A stretch of 63,517 bases of DNA, counting the filler, from Octopus bimaculoides (taxonomy: Eukaryota): NCBI RefSeq assembly GCF_001194135.2. It is 6 parts of 5 records of this genome, joined end to end, with 100 filler letters (N's around TTAATTAATTAA, not from the genome) between each part and the next. Parts side by side here need not be neighbours in the genome. Positions count along the whole stretch, not along the records: positions 35,900 to 57,171 come from NC_068991.1; positions 57,272 to 60,644 come from NC_068991.1; positions 60,745 to 62,030 come from NW_026350693.1; positions 62,131 to 63,517 come from NW_026409169.1; 2 more parts are not named here. One strand, given 5' to 3'. The notes beneath the pieces were generated by a model. That model worked only from the letters and a program-made list of their open reading frames with translations, was not told the origin of the DNA and searched no databases. Below are positions 53,240 through 63,517 of this stretch, one piece after another. Numbering within the stretch: position 1 is the stretch's first letter; every line of letters begins with the position of its first letter. The position numbers and the translations under genes are program-made.

Positions 53240-53335
53240 CAACCGTTTTGGAGAAGCGGGTCGCGAAATTTTTTTCCACAATACTTCCGAACCCCAGTAA
53301 TGAACTCATTTGCATACAGCCAATCAGAGCTCACC
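53240..53335 (+). promoter_or_regulatory. E2F-like + octamer + CCAAT module (left copy)
   Basis: GTCGCGAAA at about 53260-53268, ATTTGCAT at 53308-53315, CCAAT at 53320-53324. Locally CpG-rich. Confidence 0.5.
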
Positions 53336-53742
53336 TTGACTTCGTTGTCGAGTTAACGAACACACTCTACCAAATAAACTCAAGACGAAGAACGGTGTTG
53401 TAAGTCGAACGATCGCCAAGTTATGCTTGATTTTAGAAGGAGACAAGTAATTAGATAGATTTGCGTCTTTACCTATTATCGGATTCTGTTAGGGTCCCAT
53501 ATGGTAAAGATGTGGATGGGAAAAATGTGGGTAGAGGGCGATGTGCTTGCAGCCTTCTCCCCTTACTGTTTTACAAAGTAAACAACAACACAAATATCTA
53601 CGCAGAGGCAGCCATGGTTGAAACAAGAACAAGAACAACAAGCATTATTAAAAGAGAAAAGAAGCATGGTCATTCCTTATCCAATTAACCTTATCTTATC
53701 GCCCATCACTTGTCGTGCGCTCATAAATCAGTTTGATAGTTT

Positions 53743-53845
53743 AGCTCTATAGTTGATTGGCTGTATGCAAATGAGATCATAACTGGGATCCAGAATTCGT
53801 GTGGGAAAAAAAATTTCGCAAGCGGGTCGCATGAGAAATTGCTCA
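53743..53845 (-). promoter_or_regulatory. E2F-like + octamer + CCAAT module (inverted right copy)
   Basis: ATTGG at 53756-53760, ATGCAAAT at 53765-53772, TTTCGC at 53814-53819. Confidence 0.5.
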
Positions 53846-54113
53846 TCGTCAGACAGGACTCATTACTAAAAAAATTTCAAGGAAAAGTTTCCGTTTGGCG
53901 TTCCTTAATAAAAGTTCTGCTGACCGTTGTTTGCTCATGACTGATTTAATCGATAAACAGGCATGAAGCAAGTACGGATTCGAAATAAATATCAGGTGTA
54001 AGAGACTCGATATAAACGACTAAAAGCCAGGAATGCGATGATCCGTCCGTCGATAAAACAATTCAAAGACTGCAACCTGTAAAAGTGTGAAAGAGTATCT
54101 TTCATCCTTTAAC

Positions 54114-54393
54114 TTGTAACTTTTATATAGAATAAAAAGTTTTGAATGGTACAACAACGCACTATAATACAAAAAAAATGGATTATATACCTGTTGTAAT
54201 TTAATCATCCATAGTACGATGATATTTCGGAATACAATTCCTTCTTCAGACTATGGATGACTAAATTGCAACAGGTATATAGTCCATTTTTTGTATTATA
54301 GTGCATTGTTGTACCATTCAAAACTTTTTATTCTTTACAAAAAATACACAATGCTTCAAGCGAACTACAATACTCTTCTATTGTAACTTTTAT
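54114..54393 (-). mobile_element. Candidate mini-retroelement: ~87-bp hairpin capped by a hammerhead-like core, flanked by a 13-bp direct repeat
   Basis: Inverted arms at about 54129-54215 and 54250-54334. The minus-strand loop is CTGAAGA-A-GGAAT-tgt-ATTCC-GAAA-tatcatcgt. TTGTAACTTTTAT occurs at 54114-54126 and 54381-54393. Confidence 0.6.
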
Positions 54394-54734
54394 CATTGAC
54401 TTATTTCAAGGATTGGACTTCGGCTTTGCTGTGGCACTACTTGGAGTGGTTTAGTTAAACAAATCGATTTCAGTACTAATGGTTGGGGGGAGGGTTTTTT
54501 TGTGTTTTTATTGAAGTCTGTTACTTATTTTATTGGTTTCTTTTTTCACTTAAGTGCTAAGTTACGGAGACGTAAACAAACCAACACTGGTTGTCGAACG
54601 GTAGTGAGAGGTAAACACAAGCGCGCACACGCACACACACACACATCTAGCAAACAATGCGTAAAGTTTATTCGAAGCTTCGACAATTCTGAGTGTGGAA
54701 AAAAATGCAGTCGAAAGTCATGAGTGCAGCGCCG

Positions 54735-54797
<63 letters not shown>

Positions 54798-54902
54798 GAT
54801 AGATAGATAGATGAGTTCTTAACTTTTGTATACGATTGCCAAATTCCATCACTAAGGTAAACATATTACATTCCTGCTGAGTTTCCAGTCCTCTCTATAA
54901 AC

Positions 54903-54933
<31 letters not shown>

Positions 54934-55421
54934 TTATAACCCTTTCCAAGTGTGGTAGAAGATGTTGAATTCAAAAATGGCGGCCAAAGTTGTTGGAAAG
55001 ATGGCGTATAATCTGAGGGCTTTTTACAAGCCAGCTGCTGGGCGTAAAATCTTTAGTGTGTCGATGCGCAGAGAAGCAATACGTTGAAGATATGCATTTG
55101 TTCATAGTTTAGTGTTAGTGAAAATAGGGAGAGCAGAAACTTGGTTTTTACAGGACATGGGTGACTGGCGAGAGAGAAATGCAGGGATAAACCGCGGCAC
55201 ATTGCTTGTAACAGTTGAAAGCAACGTGTCAAGAAACTGAATAACCATCAAGCCGCAGATAATAGGGTTTGAGTGCATTCCCCAACACAGAGGATTCTAC
55301 TAAGTGTGTCAAACCGGGAAAGAATATATGTTATATTCGCACAGATCGTCTCTATATACCAGCTCAGGTGTATCGTTTTACACTATCTCACTACATACGC
55401 TACAATATTGTTCGTGCTAGA

Positions 55422-55552
55422 GCAGTCATGAGCAAACTGCGGCCCACGGCACGCCTAACGAAAAATTACCTTAAATATTTTAAAAGTGCGACTAGCCTGA
55501 TTATGATTCCTCTCATGAGGCCCGCTTCTTGAAAACGGTTGTTCATATCCGT
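55422..55552. mobile_element. Small hAT-type MITE, degenerate
   Basis: Termini CAGTCATGAGCAAAC and GGTTGTTCATATCCGTG, with internal GCGGCCC/GGCCCGC motifs typical of Charlie-like MITEs. Confidence 0.45.
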
Positions 55553-55681
55553 GCTGTTAGTAAAAACTTAATGGGAGATAATTCCAAATTTACAGGTAAA
55601 GAGTAATGTCCCTTACGTTTATTATTTTTGAAATTGTTTCGAGGCAAGGGTGTGGTCGATGTTTTCCAATCAATAGCATAG

Positions 55682-55845
55682 GGCGGTGGACTGGCGAAAT
55701 CATTAGTATCGATCTATGCGTTACGTTATACGATATTTGTTCCGAATTTTTATGTTCTAAGTTCAAATCCTGCCAAGATCAGTTTTGGCTTCGATAAAAT
55801 AAAATGAAGCTTCGAAAAAGTACTGAGATCGATTGAATCAACCAT
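55682..55845 (+). mobile_element. Degenerate SINE family B
   Basis: GGCGGTGGACTGGCGAAATCATTAG...TAAGTTCAAATCC. Confidence 0.6.
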
Positions 55846-56099
55846 CGATCTGTGAGAACATAATTGGTCCCAGGGCCTCTGCGGGATCAATCAGACTTGC
55901 TAAAAATAGCCATAAACTATCCCTCAAATCAGGAGAAGGGCGATTTTTAACATTGACAAGTCATCAGAAATATTATGAGGTGGGTTAATACCCACCTCTG
56001 TGTTATTGCCCCTGGAGGGTAACTAAATACCACTAAACATTTCATCTGTCAGATTACCTCTCACTACCAACCTAACAACCTTAACCACAACAACAAAGA

Positions 56100-56484
56100 A
56101 TATAAAGAGATTCTTCATTATGGCTTGGACAATCAGTAGATTCCAAGAATCTCCAAGAAAACCTTTGAGGTGAAGAAATTCCAGTGGGTTGACTTCTTGC
56201 GGGGAAAAAGGATTTGTAAAGTGATTATTGAAAAGTCGGAAGTGACTCTTAGTAGTGGTTGAGATGTAATGAAGAGTTAATGAAGAATGAGGGTGAGAAA
56301 TATGTCAGGCAGGCCTGGTTGGGGCGCTTTCTTTGCTAACTAGTCCAGAAGAGCAAAGACCGTTATAGTAGCAGTAAAATGAATTGGAAGAGGATACAGT
56401 GCGTATGTAAACCAGAGGTTGTGTGTTGCGGAAATAGTCTTTGTCAATCAGCAGGTGTGAGCTTTTTTAAATTTGGTTTTGGAA
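56100..56484 (-). mobile_element. L2/CR1-like LINE 3' ORF remnant
   Basis: The minus frame FYCYYNGLCSSGL...TRP...SHP resembles the C-terminal region of L2/CR1-group ORF2. Confidence 0.4.
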
Positions 56485-56994
56485 NNNNNNNNNNNNNNNN
56501 NNNNNNNNNNNNNNNNNNNNNNNNNNNNNNNNNNNNNNNNNNNNNNNNNNNNNNNNNNNNNNNNNNNNNNNNNNNNNNNNNNNNNNNNNNNNNNNNNNNN
56601 NNNNNNNNNNNNNNNNNNNNNNNNNNNNNNNNNNTGTGTGTGTTTAAAATAGTAGTGCTGTGACACATCTGAGTTTTACATAAGCATTGTACAGAATCAA
56701 CAATTGGTTAGAGCTGACGTAGTGTCTGGGCTTAAAAGAAAGTGTAGTTTTGACGGTTCCGTTCTAGGGGTCGTGAAACCTAGCACTCTCATGCGAGACA
56801 GTCAAAGACTTCACGAAATCACCTGAATCGATCTTCTTAAGGACGAGGGACAATTGTTGAGTAACGCATGAGAGGAAGTAACCAGTAGATCTGGTTTTAC
56901 ATTAGACATACCATTTATCACTAGAGATGGAGAAAGACTTAATGCCTTGGAGCTGTTAACGATTGCTTATTTATTTTTGAGGTAAAAGAGAACG

Positions 56995-57171
56995 ATTATT
57001 CGAGCTAGTACAATCGTTAGCATATCGGACAAAATCTTTTGCAGCATTTCGTCCGGCTCTTTATGATCTGAGTTCAAATCCTAGCGAGGTCAACTTCGCC
57101 TTTTGTACATTCTGGATCGATAAAATAAAGTACCAATCAAATACTGGAGTCGATATAACCGGCTTTCCCCC
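56995..57171 (+). mobile_element. SINE family B
   Basis: GAGCTAGTACAATCGTTAGC...GAGTTCAAATCC...GATAAAATAAAGTACCA. Confidence 0.75.
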
Positions 57172-57322
57172 NNNNNNNNNNNNNNNNNNNNNNNNNNNNN
57201 NNNNNNNNNNNNNNNTTAATTAATTAANNNNNNNNNNNNNNNNNNNNNNNNNNNNNNNNNNNNNNNNNNNNAAAGAAAGAAAGAAAGTAAGAAGGAAAGG
57301 AAGGAAGAAAGAAAGCAAGAAA

Positions 57323-57407
<85 letters not shown>

Positions 57408-57610
57408 GAAGGAAGGAAGGGAGAAATAAAGAAAGAGGACAACAACAACAGCAATAGTAACAACAATAACAAGACGCTGATGGCGTCAATGGAAATGAAA
57501 TCTCGTTGAAAAAATTTTTGTAAACACGTTTATGTTGATGAGGGTATGCATGAGTTGAGACTGGACAGTGGAGAATTGAGTTGAGTGAGAGAGAGAGAGA
57601 GGGAGAGAGA

Positions 57611-57651
<41 letters not shown>

Positions 57652-57996
57652 TTTGAGTATCTATAGAGTGAGAGGAGACTGCATGAAGAGGGGAAGGCAA
57701 CTGCTCTTGTATGTAGCTATGACGTCATTATGATGGTGGTGTGACAGAGGAGGCGAAATTGGAAAGAAAAGGATCGGATGGGAGGAGAAGAAGGGAGTGG
57801 ACGGTCATGATTAAGAAAAAGGGGGGGTCTTGGTAGTAGGGGTGAATGATGAGGAGATGAGGAGTGGAAGAGAAAATGAACCGACTGTGGGTGGCGGGTG
57901 AGAGCGGAGGGTGGCAAATATAGACAGATGAATTACCTGGTGCATGAAGTACGTTGTATTATGCTGTGCTTATTATTATTATTATTATTATTATTA

Positions 57997-58027
<31 letters not shown>

Positions 58028-58034
58028 CATCATC

Positions 58035-58600
58035 ATCATAGACATCGCACAGTATACAATATCGTGAGGTTGTTGATTGAAGATACTGTGTCTGCCGGGA
58101 GTTTGTACTGTTTGTCAAGTCACAACAAGGGCCTGAGACAGACAGTACTTTACGCAATATGTGTGCAGTTCTAAGTAATGCTGACTTTTGCAATACATCT
58201 AGATTGCAGGACATTTCTAAAGTTTTCAGATGTTTTTTTTTCCGGACTGTGTGGTATTGAACCTGATGCTCCGATGATAAGGATAACCTTTATGTTCGAC
58301 TCTCGTAGCTGCCACATCTTAGCGATCTCAATTCTCAGGTCTCCATATTTATCAACCTTTTCTCTTTCTTTCATGATATGTTGATCTCCTGGCACTGCTA
58401 CATCAGCTATTTGGCTCCCTAAAAGGTTACTATATCCGGCCTTCGGTACTCTAACACCTTGTCTCTCTGGAAGTCAAAGTCCTAGAGGATTTTTGCCTTC
58501 TCCTTTTCGTCCATTACCTTTTCTGGTGTATTTTGGTACGAAGCACTCGTAACCTCATATCCAAACTTACGAAATAGTAGTCAGTAGTGGTTTTGGGCTA
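58035..58600 (-). mobile_element. R4/Dong-clade LINE 3' end embedded in (ATT)n
   Basis: AKILWDFDFQ, PDI, DVAVPGDQHIMKEREKVDKYGDLRIEIAKMW, and VLQKSALLRTAHILRKVL form an RLE domain. (ATT)n lies on both sides. Confidence 0.88.
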
Positions 58601-58602
58601 CC

Positions 58603-58676
<74 letters not shown>

Positions 58677-59559
58677 GTTGTCTTTTTTCTTCTTCCTTCA
58701 AATTTTCTTCCATTTCTCGCCGAGTGTTTTCCGTACACCTAGGGCAGAGAAACTCGTTGCATGCATTCCCAGTTTACACACGCAAATTCACAGGTAAAAC
58801 ANNNNNNNNNNNNNNNNNNNNNNNNNNNNNNNNNNNNNNNNNNNNNNNNNNNNNNNNNNNNNNNNNNNNNNNNNNNNNNNNNNNNNNNNNNNNNNNNNNN
58901 NNNNNNNNNNNNNNNNNNNNNNNNNNNNNNNNNNNNNNNNNNNNNNNNNNNNNNNNNNNNNNNNNNNNNNNNNNNNNNNNNNNNNNNNNNNNNNNNNNNN
59001 NNNNNNNNNNNNNNNNNNNNNNNNNNNNNNNNNNNNNNNNNNNNNNNNNNNNNNNNNNNNNNNNNNNNNNNNNNNNNNNNNNNNNNNNNNNNNNNNNNNN
59101 NNNNNNNNNNNNNNNNNNNNNNNNNNNNNNNNNNNNNNNNNNNNNNNNNNNNNNNNNNNNNNNNNNNNNNNNNNNNNNNNNNNNNNNNNNNNNNNNNNNN
59201 NNNNNNNNNNNNNNNNNNNNNNNNNNNNNNNNNNNNNNNNNNNNNNNNNNNNNNNNNNNNNNNNNNNNNNNNNNNNNNNNNNNNNNNNNNNNNNNNNNNN
59301 NNNNNNNNNNNNNNNNNNNNNNNNNNNNNNNNNNNNNNNNNNNNNNNNNNNNNNNNNNNNNNNNNNNNNNNNNNNNNNNNNNNNNNNNNNNNNNNNNNNN
59401 NNNNNNNNNNNNNNNNNNNNNNNNNNNNNNNNNNNNNNNNNNNNNNNNNNNNNNNNNNNNNNNNNNNNNNNNNNNNNNNNNNNNNNNNNNNNNNNNNNNN
59501 NNNNNNNNNNNNNNNNNNNNNNNNNNNNNNNNNNNNNNNNNNNNNNNNNNNNNNNNNNN

Positions 59560-59603
<44 letters not shown>

Positions 59604-59644
59604 GTTGTTGTTGTTGTTGTTGTTATTGTTATTATTATTATTAA

Positions 59645-59857
59645 GGTGGCGATCTGGCAGAATCGTTAGCACGCCGGGCGAAATGCTTAGCGGCATTTCG
59701 TCTGCCACTACGTACTGAGTTCAAATTCCACTGGAGTCGACTTTGCCATTCTTCCTTTCGGGGTGGATAAATTAAGTACCAGTTACGCACTGGTGTCGAT
59801 GTAATCGACTTTAATGCCTTACCCTAAATTTGAGGCCTTCTGCTTCCAGTAGAAAAG

Positions 59858-59860
<3 letters not shown>
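59645..59860 (+). mobile_element. SINE family B, between ATT microsatellites
   Basis: Full head, Meta-like centre, and a GGCCTT..GTAGAAAAGATTATT tail. Confidence 0.85.
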
Positions 59861-59914
<54 letters not shown>

Positions 59915-59920
<6 letters not shown>

Positions 59921-60225
59921 TAGTCGTATTTTTATCACGTACTTTCACTGCACTACCGATCGCAGCTCTGTGTGCCTTGGGTATGTGCTGTGGTTTGTTG
60001 TGATGCTCTGATTGTTACTGTATTGAAAGTGTTTTACGTAGGATGTGTGCAGTGCCTAGTAGTGCTATTTTCTATATGTTATATATATTTGTTAGTCCTG
60101 GTGTTTTTGTTATGTATTTCTTTGAATATTTTTTTATCATACCTAATGTGCCTATTATGATAGGAATTGTTTCTGTTTTTAGACTCCACATTCGAGTTAC
60201 CTCTATTTCCAGGTTCTATTTCTAG
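59915..60225 (-). mobile_element. R4/Dong-clade LINE 3' end (same family as 39511-40138)
   Basis: Shares the TTCAGTAG...CACTACCGA...GTATTGAAAGTGTTTT terminus with 39511-39710. Confidence 0.8.
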
Positions 60226-60290
60226 TTCACAGCGTCCACGAGGAGAAGGGGACAACGAGAGGCTGGAACATACCTAAATGTCAAAAGGAC

Positions 60291-60349
<59 letters not shown>

Positions 60350-60403
60350 CTTGTATTTATGAATACATATATTCATGTATATATATATATATATAATATA
60401 CAT

Positions 60404-60445
<42 letters not shown>

Positions 60446-60744
60446 GCCTTATCTTCGAAACGTCGAGTTAAAATAGAGGCAGCTGATGAATAATTCCAAG
60501 TGGCTTTCTGTTTTCCTATGTGTTCGTTCCGTTGTCTGTAGTTCATTGTTCTAACGTCCTGTACCCTGATATGCATCTATATACACATGTAGATGAAAGT
60601 ATATACATATATGTGTGTATACATGCATATATATTTTTTGTATTNNNNNNNNNNNNNNNNNNNNNNNNNNNNNNNNNNNNNNNNNNNNTTAATTAATTAA
60701 NNNNNNNNNNNNNNNNNNNNNNNNNNNNNNNNNNNNNNNNNNNN

Positions 60745-61100
60745 ACTGCGTGTACTCCATCCCATGCAGTTGTGGTAGGTTATACAAAGGCGAATCATGC
60801 GGCCTGCTCAAAATAAGGGTAGACGAACATCGCAAAGCTGTGACAGGAGGAGATATTGATAAATCGTGTACAGCTAATTATGTATTGAAAAATGTAGACC
60901 ACCTTCTCCTGGGGGATGAAGCTAAAATAATAGACAGAGAAAACCACTGGAAAATACGAAAACTAAAAATGCAGCACATTAGCTAGGACACAACAACCTC
61001 GTAAGTTGACCGAGTGCAGATATGAGCAGCATATGGGAACCGGTATCAAGGAAGAATAGGAGAATATTAGATTTATAAGTCCTAAAATTCACTCCATGAT
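60745..61100 (+). mobile_element. Penelope-like element GIY-YIG endonuclease remnant
   Basis: VYSIPCSCGRLYKGESCGLLKIRVDEHRKAV...KIIDRENHWKIRKLK. Confidence 0.85.
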
Positions 61101-61107
61101 TGCCAAC

Positions 61108-61350
61108 GGGCATATGGCGTAGTGCTTAAAAACGCGGACTACTAACCCCAAGAGTCCGATTTCGAGTCCAGGCAGTGACCTGAACAACAACAACAAGAAT
61201 GATAATATCGAAAAATACCTTAGGAATGAGAACCCAGTTTCTAAATTTCCGCAAGACACCTGATCAAACTGGAGGGTATATCAGCCGAAACGTTGTGTTA
61301 ACAACAAACAAGATGAGGACAAATATCCGTCAAATGTAAATAATGTAAAT
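61108..61350 (+). mobile_element. tRNA-like head followed by a degenerate minimal hammerhead motif (SINE-like)
   Basis: A box TGGCGTAGTG at 61115, B-box-like TTCGAGTCC at about 61161, and a (CAA)n linker. Then ACAC-CTGATCA-...-CAGCC-GAAA-CGTT-GTGT at 61256-61298. Confidence 0.6.
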
Positions 61351-62130
61351 AATTTAAATAATAATAGAGCAAAAGTAGGGGAGCATCATAGTCATGTGTT
61401 GAGAGGAATTATTTGGGGTTTGGATAATTCACATTTGGAAACATGGGAGTTTTGTTCCTAATCTTTAAACAACCTTTATTCAGGGACCTTTTGAGCAGGG
61501 TGAGCTACTCAACCCGAAGAATATTCTAACTGGGCCCCACATGCAAGGTCATACACTGTTTATCTTGGTATGAAATCACCATGTCGCGCACATGTGGTTG
61601 TGATACATGTACCTGGTGTATCCTTATCACGGGTGGTCATATTGGGCTTCGTATATTTGTATCCTAGTGTCATTTTGATGGCGTGTACTGCTCTCACACT
61701 CAATAGTAATAACAATAATAATAATAATGATGATGACGATAGACTCTCCCGTCGAAGTTGACGTATGAACATTCAACTTTTACAAAATAGCCTGCACAAA
61801 AGATTTGTTTATAATGATAAAATGTTCTTGCCACACAATAGCTCACTCTCTCAATAAAATTGACTTCACCTGGTCAGGTGCACTGTGTGCCATGCATCAG
61901 GTGCCGAAGTGATCGCAGAGAACTTTGCTAAACTGCTAAATTACGAGGACATAAACACACCAACATCGGGTGTCGAGCGGTGGTGGGGGACAAACACAGA
62001 CACCAAGGCACACACACACACACACACACANNNNNNNNNNNNNNNNNNNNNNNNNNNNNNNNNNNNNNNNNNNNTTAATTAATTAANNNNNNNNNNNNNN
62101 NNNNNNNNNNNNNNNNNNNNNNNNNNNNNN

Positions 62131-63244
62131 GAGGTATGGACTCATACAAAGTTTGAATTGTTTCCAAAGGAATTTTTGTCGATTATTCTGCTAAAACAGT
62201 CTCCAGTTCTTGTAGTGATGATGGTGGAGGATATCGATTCCTTACTTGCTCTCCTAAAATGCACTATAAATGTTCAATAATATTGAGATCTGGAGACTGT
62301 GGTGGCCAGATAAGATGTTCAACTTCACTAGAATGTTCCTCGTGCCTTTCAGTAACAACTTTAGCAGTGTGAATTGATGCATTATCATCCTGATAGATTG
62401 CGTTTCCCTCTGGAAACAGATCCACAACCATAGGATGAATTTGATCAGATAAAATGCTTAAATAGTCTTGACTATTAATTCTGCCATGAAGGCCAGCAGA
62501 TTTACAAGATATAGTCCGCCAGATCATCACAGATCCTCCTCCATGTTTAACATTTGGAAGAAGACAGTCTGGGTCAAATGCTTCTTTTGGCTATCTCCAC
62601 ACGTATACTTGGCTGGTGGTTGGAAATAAGGTAAAGGATGACTTGTCTAAGAAAATAACATTCTTCCACGGCCCTAGGGACCAATTCTTTAGCTTTGTAA
62701 CGTTTGTTTTTGAAAGTAGTGGTTTTCTGATTGCAGCCCTCCTGTGAAATCTGGCTTTGTGCAGCTCTCAGTGAACAGTTTTTGTGGAAACTGGGTTCTC
62801 GAGGTGGTCATTAAGCTCTGCAGTAACTTTGGGAGCTGTACTTTTGTGATCCTTTCTAACAATTCACATAAAAGTCCAATGGTCTTTATCTGAAAGTTTT
62901 GCTATCCTTCCAGAGTTTTGTTTTGATGAGGAAATTTTTCCCTCTTTCTCAAAGGCTGTCATTACTTTTGAGACAGTACTTCTTGATACACCAAATATTT
63001 TAGCAGTTTTTGTTATGCTAGCACCTACCATACAGGCACCAACAATTTGACGTCTTTTGAAGTACGATAGATCTGGCATTTTAATGAATTTTAATTACCT
63101 TTTACTGATATCTGAAAAGAAACAGTAATTTTAGCAAAACATATTAAGCAACACTAATAATAAACAAGCTTTTGACGGTTTTATAGATATTTCAAAATTA
63201 TGATGCTATGATGCTAGGTGTTTCCATTATTTTTCCAACCCCTG
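62131..63244 (-). mobile_element. Tc1-like transposon with DD36E spacing, frameshifted
   Basis: 5' TIR CAGGGGTTGGAAAAAATAATGGAAACACC flanked by TA (63245-63246). HTH region MPDLSYFKRRQIVGA...FGVSRSTVSKV. Catalytic segment QDDNASIH...WPPQSPDLNIIE has 36 residues between D and E. Confidence 0.88.
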
Positions 63245-63274
63245 TATATATATATTAATATATGTATATAGGCA

Positions 63275-63474
63275 CCGATGCCTGTGGCACGTAAAAAGCA
63301 CCCACTACACTCTTGGAGTGGTTGACATTAGGAAGGGCATCCAGCTGTAGAAACTTTGCCAGATCATATTGGAGCCTGGTGCAGCCTTCTGGCTTTCCAG
63401 CCCTCAATCAAACCATCAAACCCATGGCAGCATGGAAAGCAGACGTTAAACGACAACGATGATGATGATGATAT
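63275..63474 (+). mobile_element. RTE LINE 3' end with (GAT)n tail
   Basis: Matches 32200-32398. Confidence 0.85.
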
Positions 63475-63476
63475 GT

Positions 63477-63516
<40 letters not shown>

Positions 63517-63517
63517 G

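Noticed and set aside
60445-60500. CGAAACGTC...CTGATGA as a type-II hammerhead
   Set aside because: Stems I and II cannot be paired convincingly.

Overview
This is AT-rich, gap-ridden animal genomic DNA, dense in microsatellites. The SINE repertoire and repeat content point to a coleoid cephalopod, most likely Octopus (inference). One host gene is supported: a plus-strand GTSE1/PSRC1-family (GTSE1_N) gene. It is seen as a 52-nt exon (27124-27175) that splices in frame to a 2.1-kb exon (32510-34646), and the large exon carries at least 17 tandem 39-bp (13-aa) repeats. Almost everything else is mobile DNA: Tx1, RTE, R4/Dong, L2/CR1-like and Penelope retroelements, Tc1/mariner elements (maT-like, two mariners, one DD36E), a Merlin element, and several tRNA-derived SINE families. 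The most unusual signals are (1) hammerhead-ribozyme-like cores in non-autonomous contexts: one at the tip of an ~87-bp hairpin flanked by a 13-bp direct repeat, one downstream of a tRNA-like head, and one beside a 123-bp palindrome; (2) a mirror pair of octamer/CCAAT/E2F-like modules; and (3) the phosphosite-like repeat array in the GTSE1-like exon. Family names come from recognising motifs by eye; no database search was run, and most element boundaries are approximate.
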